A stretch of DNA of 64,000 nt from positions 95,220 to 159,219 of the forward strand of contig CAWHXP010000009.1 in assembly GCA_963833425.1 (NCBI GenBank), in the 5' to 3' direction. The translations under genes were made by a program, and so were the position numbers. The notes under the pieces are model-generated. The model ran no database searches, was not told the origin of the DNA, and saw only the letters and a program-made list of their open reading frames with translations. Numbering within the stretch: the stretch's first letter is position 1; the number at the start of each line of letters is the position of its first letter. Shown here in pieces: positions 45,061-56,020 of the stretch. The stretch comes from an uncultured Methanosarcinaceae archaeon. Lineage in GTDB: Archaea; Halobacteriota; Methanosarcinia; Methanosarcinales; Methanosarcinaceae.

Positions 45061-46410
45061 TTGGCAGAGATAATATACAAATCATATGGTTTCAATATCA
45101 ATAAACGTTTTTTCAATGTCATTTTTCAAAGCATATCCGGTGAAAAATAACAATTTTTCTAGAGAGAGGATAATGAAATTTTAACTTTCAAAAGTTGATT
45201 TATATCAGAAAAAAATGATATTGCTTCATGTTAATCAACAAGTGATTTTTGAGCTCCCATTTATGCTTCATTAATAATATCTACCTGTTGTAGTTGAAAA
45301 TACTTGAGATATGAAAACTTTTAAGCATAAAAAAAATGACTTAGATCCAGAATTCATTTCAAAATTTGGACTTATAATATTATTCATCCATCAAGAGTTT
45401 CCCTTAAAAATCAAGTTTATATCTTATGTTTGTTTCACCATAAATTTGTGCAAAAAAGAACAGATTCAGAAAAAACAGCTCAGTCTATTTTTACACTTTA
45501 AATGTTCAATCTAAATAATGTTGTTGGCAGATATTTTGGCAAAAATGGCAGAAAAATTAATTTGGAGCCTCTTTAAGTAGCTAGTAGAGCAGATAATAGA
45601 AAACCTGTCACCAAATATTTTTGAAAAAAAATGTTCAGATACAAAAAATTTTGTACAAGAAATATATCATAGCGCCATATTTAGGCTTCAAACATGTCTT
45701 AATCTTATAAAACAGCGTGAAGACGAAATCGAAACTTTAAATGGACAAATTTTCAATTACGCTTCTGAAAAATATGAAAGTGAAATGGAAATTTTAAGCA
45801 TGTTATGGTTATTAAGAAAAATGGCGCGACAACTATTATTGCTGGAATAGCAACTAGAAGAGTTTCCTTCAGGATATAAGCTTTCTTTATGACTTTAGTA
45901 ACTCAGAATGTATATCGATCTGCAGATAAATTATGCACCTGGAGAATCACAAAGAGATCACAAAAATGGCAGTGTTGATTCTAAAGCGATTACTCAAGCA
46001 GCAACAAGAAAGAAAAATAGCACGTTAAAAAATTTTTTAACTAAAGGGACTAATTGGGCATGCTAAAGTAATTCTTATTCCAACCAAAAAAATTCCACAA
46101 TAACATGGCATCTAATTACAAATACAAGATGTGCGAAGATGAAACAGGATATCAAAAGTGAAAAATTCAAAAGAGGAAGATGATGAAACTGAGATATTCA
46201 CCGTTGACACAATTATTACTAGAAAAAATGAAATTATAGAAAAAAACGATATAGTGTCTGACCAAACAATTTATAAAGTTATATTACTTGCGTTCTCATC
46301 CAAAAAAAATCTGGAAGCTCCTAACGGCACTTAAGAGACCTTGTTTGGAAGAGATTAGGTGATGGACTCACGGGTTGCAAGTTTTTATTTTATCCCTTCA
46401 CTTATAAAGT
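45061..46410 (+). mobile_element. IS110-family remnant (transposase pseudogene ~45061-46260 plus 3' non-coding end)
   Basis: DMKTFKHKKND, AIFRLQTCLNLIKQREDEIETLNGQI, NVYRSADKLCTWRITKR (QSG..GRITKRG-like). Confidence 0.72.
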
Positions 46411-47273
46411 AGATTTTTCGGAGTAGGCGCTGGAGTATTTCTTGTGGAATAGGTCTTTGATATTTACTTAACAGATGAGAACGCGATTCATACTAGGCTT
46501 TCAACCTATATAATATTTTTAACATATAATATTATTTTATTCTTTTGTTTATACGATATGTCTTTAATCTTATTTTGTTAGTTTAACTTTATAGTATTAC
46601 AATAAGTTTTAGGGCATATAATCAGTGGGTAAAGCTTCCAGTAAGATATAATTAACATATGCAGTTTTCCGAGAATAACTGAAAATCAGAATAAGAACAA
46701 CAAATATGATGGGAAAAACTAACAAGGACTTAAAAAGGAAGCGAAATAATATAATTAGCCCTTAACAAAAATGAGTATTTGAACTGCTAACTCCAATACT
46801 AATCGACATTAATGAATACTGGATAACGGTGAACAGTAATAAAAAAGTAATCACAAAAAAGAATGAGGTATACAGAGCGGTTCTGAAACATATAAGCAAA
46901 TAAGAATATTTGACTTTGAACAATTCCTTTAGATCCAAAACAATGGCAAGAACATACACAGTTAATTATTATTACTAACAGTAAATAAAAAATATTCTCA
47001 ATAACTGACAGTTAAATCAAAATTTCGGCTACTTACCCAATTGTAAAGATCTATTGCATCAAAATAGAAATCTGTAAATCGATTTTTAGTGAATTTAATA
47101 GGTTACAGAAACAAGTTAAAATAAGAATGGGGATTTATTTACCTAATATCTATGAACAATCATTAGAATTTCCCCAAATATTTTTGAAAATAACTGTAAA
47201 CTCCTCGATTGATACTACCAAAAACATATATATAACAAATAAAAGCAAAAATTCTCGCTTCCAGAAAAAGACC

Positions 47274-48284
47274 ATGAACGGAAGAAAAGTATTTTCTATC
47301 GGAGAGCGCGCTTTAATATATCGCCTATCTGAAATTTTCAAAGTCCCAGAAGGCAAAGAGAGAAAACAGAAAGGCATACTCATAGATGTAGGTTCAGATG
47401 ACTGTGCAGTCCTTGATCTGGAGGGAGAAGACTGTCTTGTTTTTACTATAGACATGTTGCACAGAACCACAGATTTCCCTGAGGAAATGACGCCCTGGCA
47501 GATGGGATGGATGTCTGCAGCCGTAAACCTGAGTGATATTGCAGCCATGGGTGCAGAGCCCACTGGGTTACTTATGGCAATCGGCATGCCTGAAGATACT
47601 GAAATTGCTTTCGTAGAAGAACTTGCAAAAGGCATGCAAGCATGTGCCAAATTTTGTGGAACTGCAATCATCGGAGGCGACCTTGATACCCACACCGAAT
47701 TGACAATTACAGGAACAGCCCTTGGCAGGGTGAAAAAAAGCCAGCTTCTTCTCCGTCGTGGAGCAAAACCAGGGAATCTTGTATGTATTACAGGGCATAC
47801 AGGTTCCGCAGGAGCCGCTCTTATGGCCATTAAATCTAAAAAAACCATAAATGAAACTGTCCTCAAGACTCTTTTTGAACCCCTACCCCGCACTTCAGAA
47901 GCTAGAATATTGGCTCAGTCCGGAGCAGTTACTTCTATGATAGATACGAGTGACGGCCTTGCCATGTCTCTTTACGACCTTGCCAGGGAAAGTCATGTTG
48001 GCTTTAGAATTTTGGAAAATGCCCTTCCCATCCTCAGGGAGGTAAGAGGATTTGTCTCAAGTTTCGAAGAATTGATGGAACTTTGTCTTTACACAGGTGG
48101 AGATTTCGAGCTTCTTATCACAATTGACCAACAGCAGATCAAAAAAGTACAAAACATATGTAACTTAGCTGTTATAGGCGAATGCACAGAATATAAAAAG
48201 GGAATTGTACTAGAATCTCCTGGGTGCAAGTTGACAAAAATAGAACAAAGGGGATATCAGCAACTAAGAGCTGAGCACCGTTAA
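47274..48284 (+). CDS. thiL: Thiamine-monophosphate kinase
   Basis: GERALI, DDCAV, AVNLSDIAAMGA, IIGGD, IDTSDGL, GGDFELL; start at MNGRK. Confidence 0.94.
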   Translation: MNGRKVFSIGERALIYRLSEIFKVPEGKERKQKGILIDVGSDDCAVLDLEGEDCLVFTIDMLHRTTDFPEEMTPWQMGWMSAAVNLSDIAAMGAEPTGLLMAIGMPEDTEIAFVEELAKGMQACAKFCGTAIIGGDLDTHTELTITGTALGRVKKSQLLLRRGAKPGNLVCITGHTGSAGAALMAIKSKKTINETVLKTLFEPLPRTSEARILAQSGAVTSMIDTSDGLAMSLYDLARESHVGFRILENALPILREVRGFVSSFEELMELCLYTGGDFELLITIDQQQIKKVQNICNLAVIGECTEYKKGIVLESPGCKLTKIEQRGYQQLRAEHR

Positions 48285-48748
48285 TAAATTTTCCTGTTAT
48301 TATAGTAACTTATCTTCCAAAAAAATTATGGATAAGAGATAGAGTAAGAATCATTGGTTGGGAAAATCCTTATAGAGCACAAAAATTGTATAAACTGAGG
48401 ATTTCTAACATAAAATCGAAGATTTATCGAAATTCTACTTTGTCATAAACAATAACTCAATTACCAGAAATAATTTTTTGATATTGTTCCGATTTGTAGT
48501 AATCGTCTTGGAGTTAACGAAATTCGAAACTATAGAATTAGAAAAATGGATTTATGGTCAAGAACATATATCTATCTGCTAAATTTAAATGCAAAGTTAA
48601 ACCACGGAAAAAAAGGAAAAGCATAGAAGAAAAGAAATAATGAAAACGTTTTTCAGCTTATTTCCTTCAGCAAACCATCTATTTTGCAGTTACATAGTTT
48701 TTAAAAATGTATAATGTAGAATATATATATTCTTTCGGCTTTAATTCT

Positions 48749-49878
48749 AGGAATTTCGATAACCTCCATGCTCTTGAGCATGGTTGGCTTTAAATTTGTC
48801 AATATTTATGTATATTCATGAAAACTCTTACTGATTTTGCTCTTAAAGAAGAGTATAAACGTCTTGAATCTGTTGGATATAAGCTTGCTGAAATTGATTC
48901 CTTAATGATTGGAAAACGTTTCGTATTATTCTTGAGTCTATGTATATCAACAAAACTGTTTCAGGAGGGAGACCTGAAACTGATGTCATTGTGATGTTCA
49001 AAATGCTTTTTTTAAAACAATGGCACATGCTCTCTGATTTTGAACTTGAGAAACAGTGTATAGATCGAATTTCTTTTAGGAAATTCCTTGTATTTCCGGA
49101 ATACATACCTTACAGTACTATTGTCTGGCTATTTGGGGAGAGAATTATCGAGAATTTCAAAGAAAATATGGGAAAAGTTGCAAAGCCAACTTGATACTCT
49201 GGGTTTCCAGATAAAGCAGGGACTGATTCAGTATGTTACTTTTATCCATTCAGATCCATGACATGCAAAAGCAGAGAGATGAGGCAAAAACGAGAAGAAG
49301 CAGAGACGGGACATGGACAAAGAAGGAGGTAAGTCTCACTTTGGATATAAGCATCATAATATAATAGACAGAGATTATGAGCTGATCAGAAGATTCAAAA
49401 CAACAACTGAGTCAGTACATATTCGTATGTAGATGTGACAGAGGAAAATGAAGTGGTTTATAGGGACAGAGGATACTTTGGAGCAAAAACGAAAGGGTAT
49501 AATGTAACAATGAAAAGAGCAGTAAAAGGACATACGCTGGGAATAAAGGATATATTAAGAAATAAGAGAATTAGCTCAAAAAGAGGCCAAGGGGAAAGAG
49601 TTTATTCAGTAACGAAAGAAATTTCCAAAGCAGGAAGAGTTTTTGTTACTACTGTTAAAAGAGTAAATCTAAAAATGTTGTGTACGGCTTTTTTTATAGT
49701 CTCCATCAATTGAGGACATTGAAAATAAAAAAAGTATATTGAAGATAGCGGAAGCTATCTTTAAAAACAAAGAATTGAGAATAAGTAAAGCCAAAAAGAG
49801 GAATTAAATAGAAAAATTGAGGGGAAGATATGAGAAATTACTGCTAAGAAATAAAATCCGAAGTTTATCGAAATCCTC
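48749..49878 (+). mobile_element. IS5-family element, inactivated (copy 2, inverted relative to copy 1)
   Basis: TIRs GAATTTCGATAACC / GTTTATCGAAATCCTC; 84-aa and 87-aa ORFs identical to those in copy 1. Confidence 0.92.
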
Positions 49879-50085
49879 TCTATTTTAGAACTATATTTAG
49901 GCTTAAATGATATAAAAAAAATATAAGCGTTTTCGCCGAATATTAAGGTATATGAAGGCATATCCTAGGGAAAAGTGAAAATTAGTGAAATACTTAAATT
50001 TATATCAGGACTTTAAAAAACTAACATAAGGATCTCTATTTCGTTATTTAGATTATCCGTAATCTTCACTAACTTTCCCCTCTTA

Positions 50086-50172
50086 AAAAATTTCTATAAA
50101 CACCTAAATGTTTTTTATGCGCATAAATAATATATAAATAACTCGTGAAAATCGAGGTTAATCAAAATCCTT
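50086..50172. repeat. Degenerate ~88-bp MITE
   Basis: ATTTCTATAAAC...TATATAAATAACTCGTGAAAATC...GGTTAATCAAAATCCT. Confidence 0.65.
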
Positions 50173-50384
50173 TTTAATACATATGTTTTAGCTTCATCAA
50201 GATTTTGCCATCCGCATTATTTGTATCCTTTATGCAAATTCTTTATTTAGAATATATGTTTTTCTCAAAAATATATTTTAATGGCAAAATAGATATATAA
50301 CATACCATTATTTCTTGAATTATACGCAAATTTCCATTTATTACATTCACATCCTAGATCTTACCAAATTGGTCGTGCTTATTT

Positions 50385-51383
50385 ATGCCATTAAAACTTG
50401 GAAATAGTACTAAAATAACGATATACTCTGAAATTGCAGAAACTCTGCTTCAGGAGGGATGGAAAAAGATGGATATGCACGTACATTCTTCCTGCTCTTA
50501 TGATGTGCCTCCCGCGAAAGCAATGCATCCAGAGGTTCTTTTTAGAAAAGCAAAGGCTCAGAAGCTTGATTTTGTGACTTTTACAGACCATGACACAGTC
50601 AAAGCTTACGACCTCCTTGGCTGGGATAGAGAAGGACTGATTCCAGGAGTCGAAATTGCGATCAAAGATTCTGAGAAAATAGGACATACTCTACATGTTA
50701 ACGTTTTTGAACTTGATTCAGAAGAATTCGAAGAACTTGAGGCGATTGCAAACCAGGAATATAACTTCAAAAGCTTTATCCGTTACCTCAGAACTCACGA
50801 TCTCCCGCATATATATAATCACCCCTACTGGTTTGCTACGGGAGACCACCCTAATTTGTGGGCTGTGCCAGAACTTATAAAACAGTTTCCTGTCATCGAA
50901 TATAATATGCAAGACCTAACTGAAAAAAATCTCATCGTTATGACACTTGCGAGGAAATATGGGAAAAGGGTTGTTGCGACCACAGATAGCCATACAGGAG
51001 GCATGGGGACTGTATATACAATTGCTAAAGGAGACACATTCAAAGAATTTTTTGAAAATGTCAAGAAAGGGAAATCGTATATTGTAGTTGAAGGAGGAAC
51101 CAGAAGACACCTCACAAAAGAACTAAATTCATGGGTTGAGCTTGTTTTTTCGATGGACAGAAATGCAGGGAATGAAATTAATTTTACCACGAATGTATGT
51201 AGCTTTGACAGAATAATAAGTATCATTGCAAACGAAAAAATGAGAGATTTTCCTAGAATTAACAGTTTAGCAATGAAATTTTTCCAGAATTTTTCCAGAT
51301 CAGGACTCCCAGCCTACGTATATGTGAAGACTGAGAAACCTATGGTCTCCAAGATAGAAAAAGTGGTCAATATGATAGCATGA
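50385..51383 (+). CDS. PHP-domain metal-dependent phosphoesterase-like protein
   Basis: DMHVHS, FTDHDT, PGVEI, HVN, NHPY, TDSH. Confidence 0.88.
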   Translation: MPLKLGNSTKITIYSEIAETLLQEGWKKMDMHVHSSCSYDVPPAKAMHPEVLFRKAKAQKLDFVTFTDHDTVKAYDLLGWDREGLIPGVEIAIKDSEKIGHTLHVNVFELDSEEFEELEAIANQEYNFKSFIRYLRTHDLPHIYNHPYWFATGDHPNLWAVPELIKQFPVIEYNMQDLTEKNLIVMTLARKYGKRVVATTDSHTGGMGTVYTIAKGDTFKEFFENVKKGKSYIVVEGGTRRHLTKELNSWVELVFSMDRNAGNEINFTTNVCSFDRIISIIANEKMRDFPRINSLAMKFFQNFSRSGLPAYVYVKTEKPMVSKIEKVVNMIA

Positions 51384-51406
51384 ACCTTTTAATCGCTTAA
51401 ACTATT

Positions 51407-51494
51407 TAGGATTTTGGTAAACCTTAAATTTTGTCACATGTTTTTAAATGGTATATAAATAACTCGTAAAAATTAGAAGTTTATCAAAATCCTT
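51407..51494. repeat. 88-bp MITE
   Basis: AGGATTTTGGTAAACC...TATATAAATAACTCGTAAAAATT...AGTTTATCAAAATCCT. Confidence 0.75.
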
Positions 51495-51721
51495 AATTAT
51501 ATAACCCTAATTTAATAGTCTGATCTTTATGCTTAAAGGAAATTTCATATTTTAGAGGAATGAAGAAGCAATATTGGAGTCAACTAATTTTTAGATGATT
51601 GTTTATGAAGCACAGCTAGGCGTTCGTTGAAACACATGTTTAATAGAAATATTCAATAAAAAAAATAAAAAATAAAATTGAAAAAAAACTGAGAGGAGCT
51701 TGAAATTTTAGTTTCAGCACC

Positions 51722-52129
51722 TCAGGCAATAACATCCTTTCTCAGGATGTAAGCAACCATCTCAGGATTAAGTTTACTATCCCTTGAGACTTTTTCCTCA
51801 ATAGCTTCAGTGGATTTACCTTCAATTTTCAATTCTTTTATTTCTTCAATTATTGAGGAAGGAATGCGATAGTACTCGTTTATATCCTTCCTGTGCCCCC
51901 ATACATCTCCTTCAATAAGCTGAATACGCTGCATTTCAAGGAACATTTCAATTGATTTTGAGACCGTTCGTCTGTAAGATTTTGGGAGCTGTATGACCTC
52001 AACCTTTGGACAGTTCTCGACCAATGAAAAAATATCCTTGTTTGAAGGCCTGAAAGCCAGATGCACTATTCTTTCATTCGGATTCAATGTAAAAATTTCT
52101 TCTCGCGAACTCACAACCCTTATTTTCAA
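51722..52129 (-). CDS. DUF1699-family protein
   Basis: GGAGG RBS + TTG start; KIRVVSSREEI, VHLAFRPSNKD, GDVWGHRKDINEYY. Confidence 0.85.
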   Translation of the reverse strand: MKIRVVSSREEIFTLNPNERIVHLAFRPSNKDIFSLVENCPKVEVIQLPKSYRRTVSKSIEMFLEMQRIQLIEGDVWGHRKDINEYYRIPSSIIEEIKELKIEGKSTEAIEEKVSRDSKLNPEMVAYILRKDVIA

Positions 52130-53459
52130 AGTTAATCCTCCAGATCTACTTATTTTTTTCATGTGATAGAAAAATATCCTCATTTAAATATTTTTCTACA
52201 ACAACACTAATTATTTAGACAGAACTGATATTTAATTCTTTCTTTTCTTTTAGGAGAATTTCATCGCAAATAATAAAAATAATATTTATAGCATCATTTC
52301 AAATAAAATTTGGGGATAAATTTAAATAATTTCCTGTTACTAATGATTAATTAAAGGATAAAAAACCAAAATTTGATCGCAATTACTCTTTTTTGAAGTT
52401 AGAGAATCAAGATCTTCTGATATCTTAAAAATTAATAATTAGCTCAACATCTTGCAACTGCAACGAATCAAAAAGTCAGCAAATAACAAGAAATCTCATC
52501 TTTTATAAACTAGCATCTTAATAAACTTCATCTTTTATTACCTAAATAGAGAAAAAAATATTGTTAAGATCATTGGATTTTAAGTCGCGTACTTAAATTA
52601 TTAATCAATCATAAAAAAATTAACATTTTAAAAACTTAGAAAAATGGAATTATCGTCAAGTGAATATATACATCTCTACCAGCCATATATACAAAATTGA
52701 AGAAGAGCACTGAAAAATAAAAAAAGAAAAGCCTTCCATTTATATCCCTTCTTCTGTATCTTTCTTGGTTACGCAAAGCCAGATAACTTAAATATGAATA
52801 ATTAATCCAAAAATAACATAAAATTCTTCGAATAACAGGCACAACCAAATAAAATACTTCTCAACTTACCTTTTTGACTATCAATTTCATCATTTCTTGG
52901 CCATTAATGTTGTCCTATATTTGATTTCAAAAATAGTTCGAAAAATAATCAGTTGATTGCCATCGAAAACTCAAGCTTGACTTTGATCAGGGATACAAAA
53001 TTTTCCTTTAAGCAATTCAACTACCAAAATAAATATTATAGCATAAATTATTATAAATAGTAGTACTTTTTGTGCTTTAGACATTCATAAAAGCTTTTTC
53101 ATTGCCATTATCCTCAATATATTAAGAGAAAAACAGCCACAAAGCGACGATAAAAAGCATTGTTTTCATAACGAAACCGACCTATTACTTCGATATGAGT
53201 ACCAACTATAAGCAAGCAAAAAATGTCTCTTTTTATTTAGTTTGGAGAATTTATATCTTACTAACTAAGGTTATCAAGAGGCCCGTGTGGGGATATCTTA
53301 CAAGCATAAATAAAGCAATAATTAATCAAATTGTATGCCAGCGCCACAGACTAGAGAATTGGGGGCGCCTCAAGTCATTAGATATGTTTGTCGAACTCAA
53401 ATAGAATTAATTATTTGTTTAAGATATTTCATTAATCTGAAACAGTTAAGCCCTATTTT

Positions 53460-53640
53460 AGGCTTTCTTTAAGATTCCTGAATATAGTTTTTTTATTGTG
53501 CCGGCTACACCATTTCCTACGGATTGATAAAACTTGACACTGACCATCAACTCACTTCATAACATCGTTTTCCAGTTAGATTGAAACCTAAAAAGCCTGT
53601 AAGAATAACATCCTTTCAAGTACCTAACTACTTCTAATAT
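53460..53640 (-). pseudogene. IS200 tnpA C-terminal fragment
   Basis: EVVRYLKGCYSYRLFR...KFYQSVGNGVAGTIK. Confidence 0.65.
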
Positions 53641-53959
53641 AAAGTTGTTTGAATTGAATTTTAAAAATAATTAACTTTTGATTCCATCACTTCCACTGCA
53701 TGAATTAAGTACTTGCTCAGTGAAAATAGTTATAAATAATAGACACAAAATTCATCTTAATTTGCTTATAGTAGAATAATATCGCATCGATACATAGCAC
53801 CAAGCTATGTGGAGAGTAACCTGACTATGGTCATAACTAAAACTGTTTAATTTCACTATGAGTATTACAATTCAATAAGGCGGGAGAAGCAAATGAAGAA
53901 CAGAAAGTTTCAAAATCAGTGAGAACGCTGATAATTAGAAGCAGGCGAATGCATCCTAT

Positions 53960-54415
53960 TTAAGCATTATTTATTCGTAGCCTCTCTGGACTTGTAGTAA
54001 GAAATGAGCTATGAAGCAGATGAAGAATCATATCAGGGCTGATTTTCCTTAAACTTGTAATCTCATCGATTATTTCTTCATCGGTTCTCCCCTGAACTTC
54101 AAATTCTTTTATCTTTTCAAGCACATATGCTGGTATTACAAAATAATTGTTGAGGTCATGCCAGTGTCCGCTGACGTCTCCTTTTACCAGCTTAATTCCT
54201 GAAGAAGCAATGTACATTTTAATAAATTTAGATAGTGCATCATAGGAAGATGCAGGAAGCTGAAGCAATTCTATCCCAGGGCAAGTCTTGACTAAATTAA
54301 ATAGATCCCTATCCGAAGGTCTAAAAGCGAGATGTACTGCCTTCTCCTCAGTTTCCAAGCCGAGAATTTCATCTCTACTTGTTACAACTCTAATGCGTAT
54401 ACTACTTGGCCCCAT
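53960..54415 (-). CDS. DUF1699-family protein (paralogue)
   Basis: RIRVVTSRDEI, VHLAFRPSDRD, GDVSGHWHDLNNYF; aligns by eye with 51722-52129. Confidence 0.85.
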   Translation of the reverse strand: MGPSSIRIRVVTSRDEILGLETEEKAVHLAFRPSDRDLFNLVKTCPGIELLQLPASSYDALSKFIKMYIASSGIKLVKGDVSGHWHDLNNYFVIPAYVLEKIKEFEVQGRTDEEIIDEITSLRKISPDMILHLLHSSFLTTSPERLRINNA

Positions 54416-54559
54416 TTTATGCTCCCACTCTTATCTAAGCACGGATCATTTATTTAATTTTTGTATTTAATCTTCCTTATCAAATTTCAGTACGATGACG
54501 ATATTGTTACTCAAAAAAAGGATGAAAAAAATAAAATTGAGTGCGATCACCAACCCAAA

Positions 54560-54984
54560 AGATTGGTACATTTCAGACCATCACTCTGCTTGTCAGACCT
54601 CATAAATCGTCGATTCTTGGTTGACAATATTTATTTAATCCTGATGATTCAATCCTGGTTTCCGCTTTTCCTACGATTCATAGATATAGTACATTATTGT
54701 GTCAGCTACAACATTTCAACAAATTAGACATTTTGACACTTGAACATATGCTCCCATCAAATTATCGTTTTATCCGTTAACGATTAAACTTGAAAAATCT
54801 ATAACAATTAACTTCTTTCAACCATTTAACTACCTCTGATAAGTGGTGCCTGATGAAATTCCAGAAATAAATGAATGTGATATTTCATCACTTTCAGAGT
54901 TTATGAACTTCGTATCCTTGTTCAATGAAAATAGCGATAAAGATGGCCACACATTTTTTTAAATTGCTTTTTATAGAATACATA
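54560..54984 (-). pseudogene. IS200 tnpA remnant truncated by an IS5 copy
   Basis: HUH motif YHIHLFLEFH, LSEVVKWLK, NVVADTIMYYIYES. Confidence 0.7.
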
Positions 54985-55945
54985 GAGAATTCCTATTTAC
55001 CTTTGATTTTGTTCTTATCTGGAATTTTGTACAAATATCCATCCTGATTTATGTATTTAACCAAATTTTTTCTCTTTTGCTAATTATTCTTTGATTTTAG
55101 ATATAGCTTCCACTATCTAAGAATAGTCCTTCTATTTTCAATGCTAAAATGATAATAATTCTAACAAAAAGCTACATAACATCTTCAAATTTACTCTTTG
55201 GACAGTAGCGACAAGAATTTATCCTACTTTGAATATCTTTTTAGTTACTGCATAAACCTATTACTTTGTATTTTTTTAGCTAATCTCTTGTTTCTTAATG
55301 TATCACTCTTTTCCAGAAAATATCCTTTTACTTCTTTTTTCATTGTCTTTTCATTAACGTTGTGATTTTGCTCCAAAGTACACCCTGTCTTTGTAAAACC
55401 ACTTCATTTTTTAAATTAAATCTGCTGGAAAATCATGAAGTTATGCAATTGTTGTTTTGAATCTTCTGATCAGCCCACAATATTTGTATATTACGCAATG
55501 AACTTTATATCCAATGTGCGAATTACTAACTTTTTTATCCAGTTTATATCTATGCTTCTCCATGTTTTTGCTTCATTATCTAAAGGTCTATATTCCTTCT
55601 CATGTCCTGTGTCTGGATGAATGAAATTAGCGTTTTGAATCAATACTTATTTATTTTCAAACAAATGCAATCAATTTGTATTCACACCTGTCCAAATATT
55701 TCCCTTCCTTTGAGTTATCAATAATTATTTTTTTATGGATTATCAGACTGTGATACTGTCTGGGATGTGATCAGAAAAACCCAGAAATTTCTTGAAAGAG
55801 ATTATATCAATAGATTGTTTCTTAAGCTCAAAGTCTGAAAGATCTGCCATTGTTGTAAAAAAGCATTTTAAACATAATAATGACATCAGCTATAGGTCTG
55901 CCTATTAAAGCTGCTTGGTCAATAAATATGGAATCAAAAATGGTA
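54985..55945 (-). mobile_element. Decayed, 5'-truncated IS5-family copy
   Basis: Colinear with other IS5 copies (ADVIIMFKML, ISFKKFLGFSDHIPDS); degenerate TIR GAGAATTCCTATTTACC. Confidence 0.78.
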
Positions 55946-56020
55946 CATATGAATTAAAAATTTGAAATCTGCCCAGAATAAGCTAACACTTACTTTTTTC
56001 TCAGAAAGAATATTAATGAA

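Noticed and set aside
47127..47273. 49-aa N-terminal extension of ThiL
   Set aside because: AT-rich, promoter-like (TATATATAA) sequence; ThiL similarity begins near ATG 47274
17529..49878. Composite transposon bounded by the inverted IS5 copies
   Set aside because: Enclosed genes are core (pan, rfcS, rnp4, tRNAs, thiL), both transposases are dead, and no shared target duplication is evident
54846..54965. Plus-strand FRG-like N-terminal fragment
   Set aside because: The minus strand gives a clear IS200 HUH motif (HIHLFLEFH) that explains the sequence
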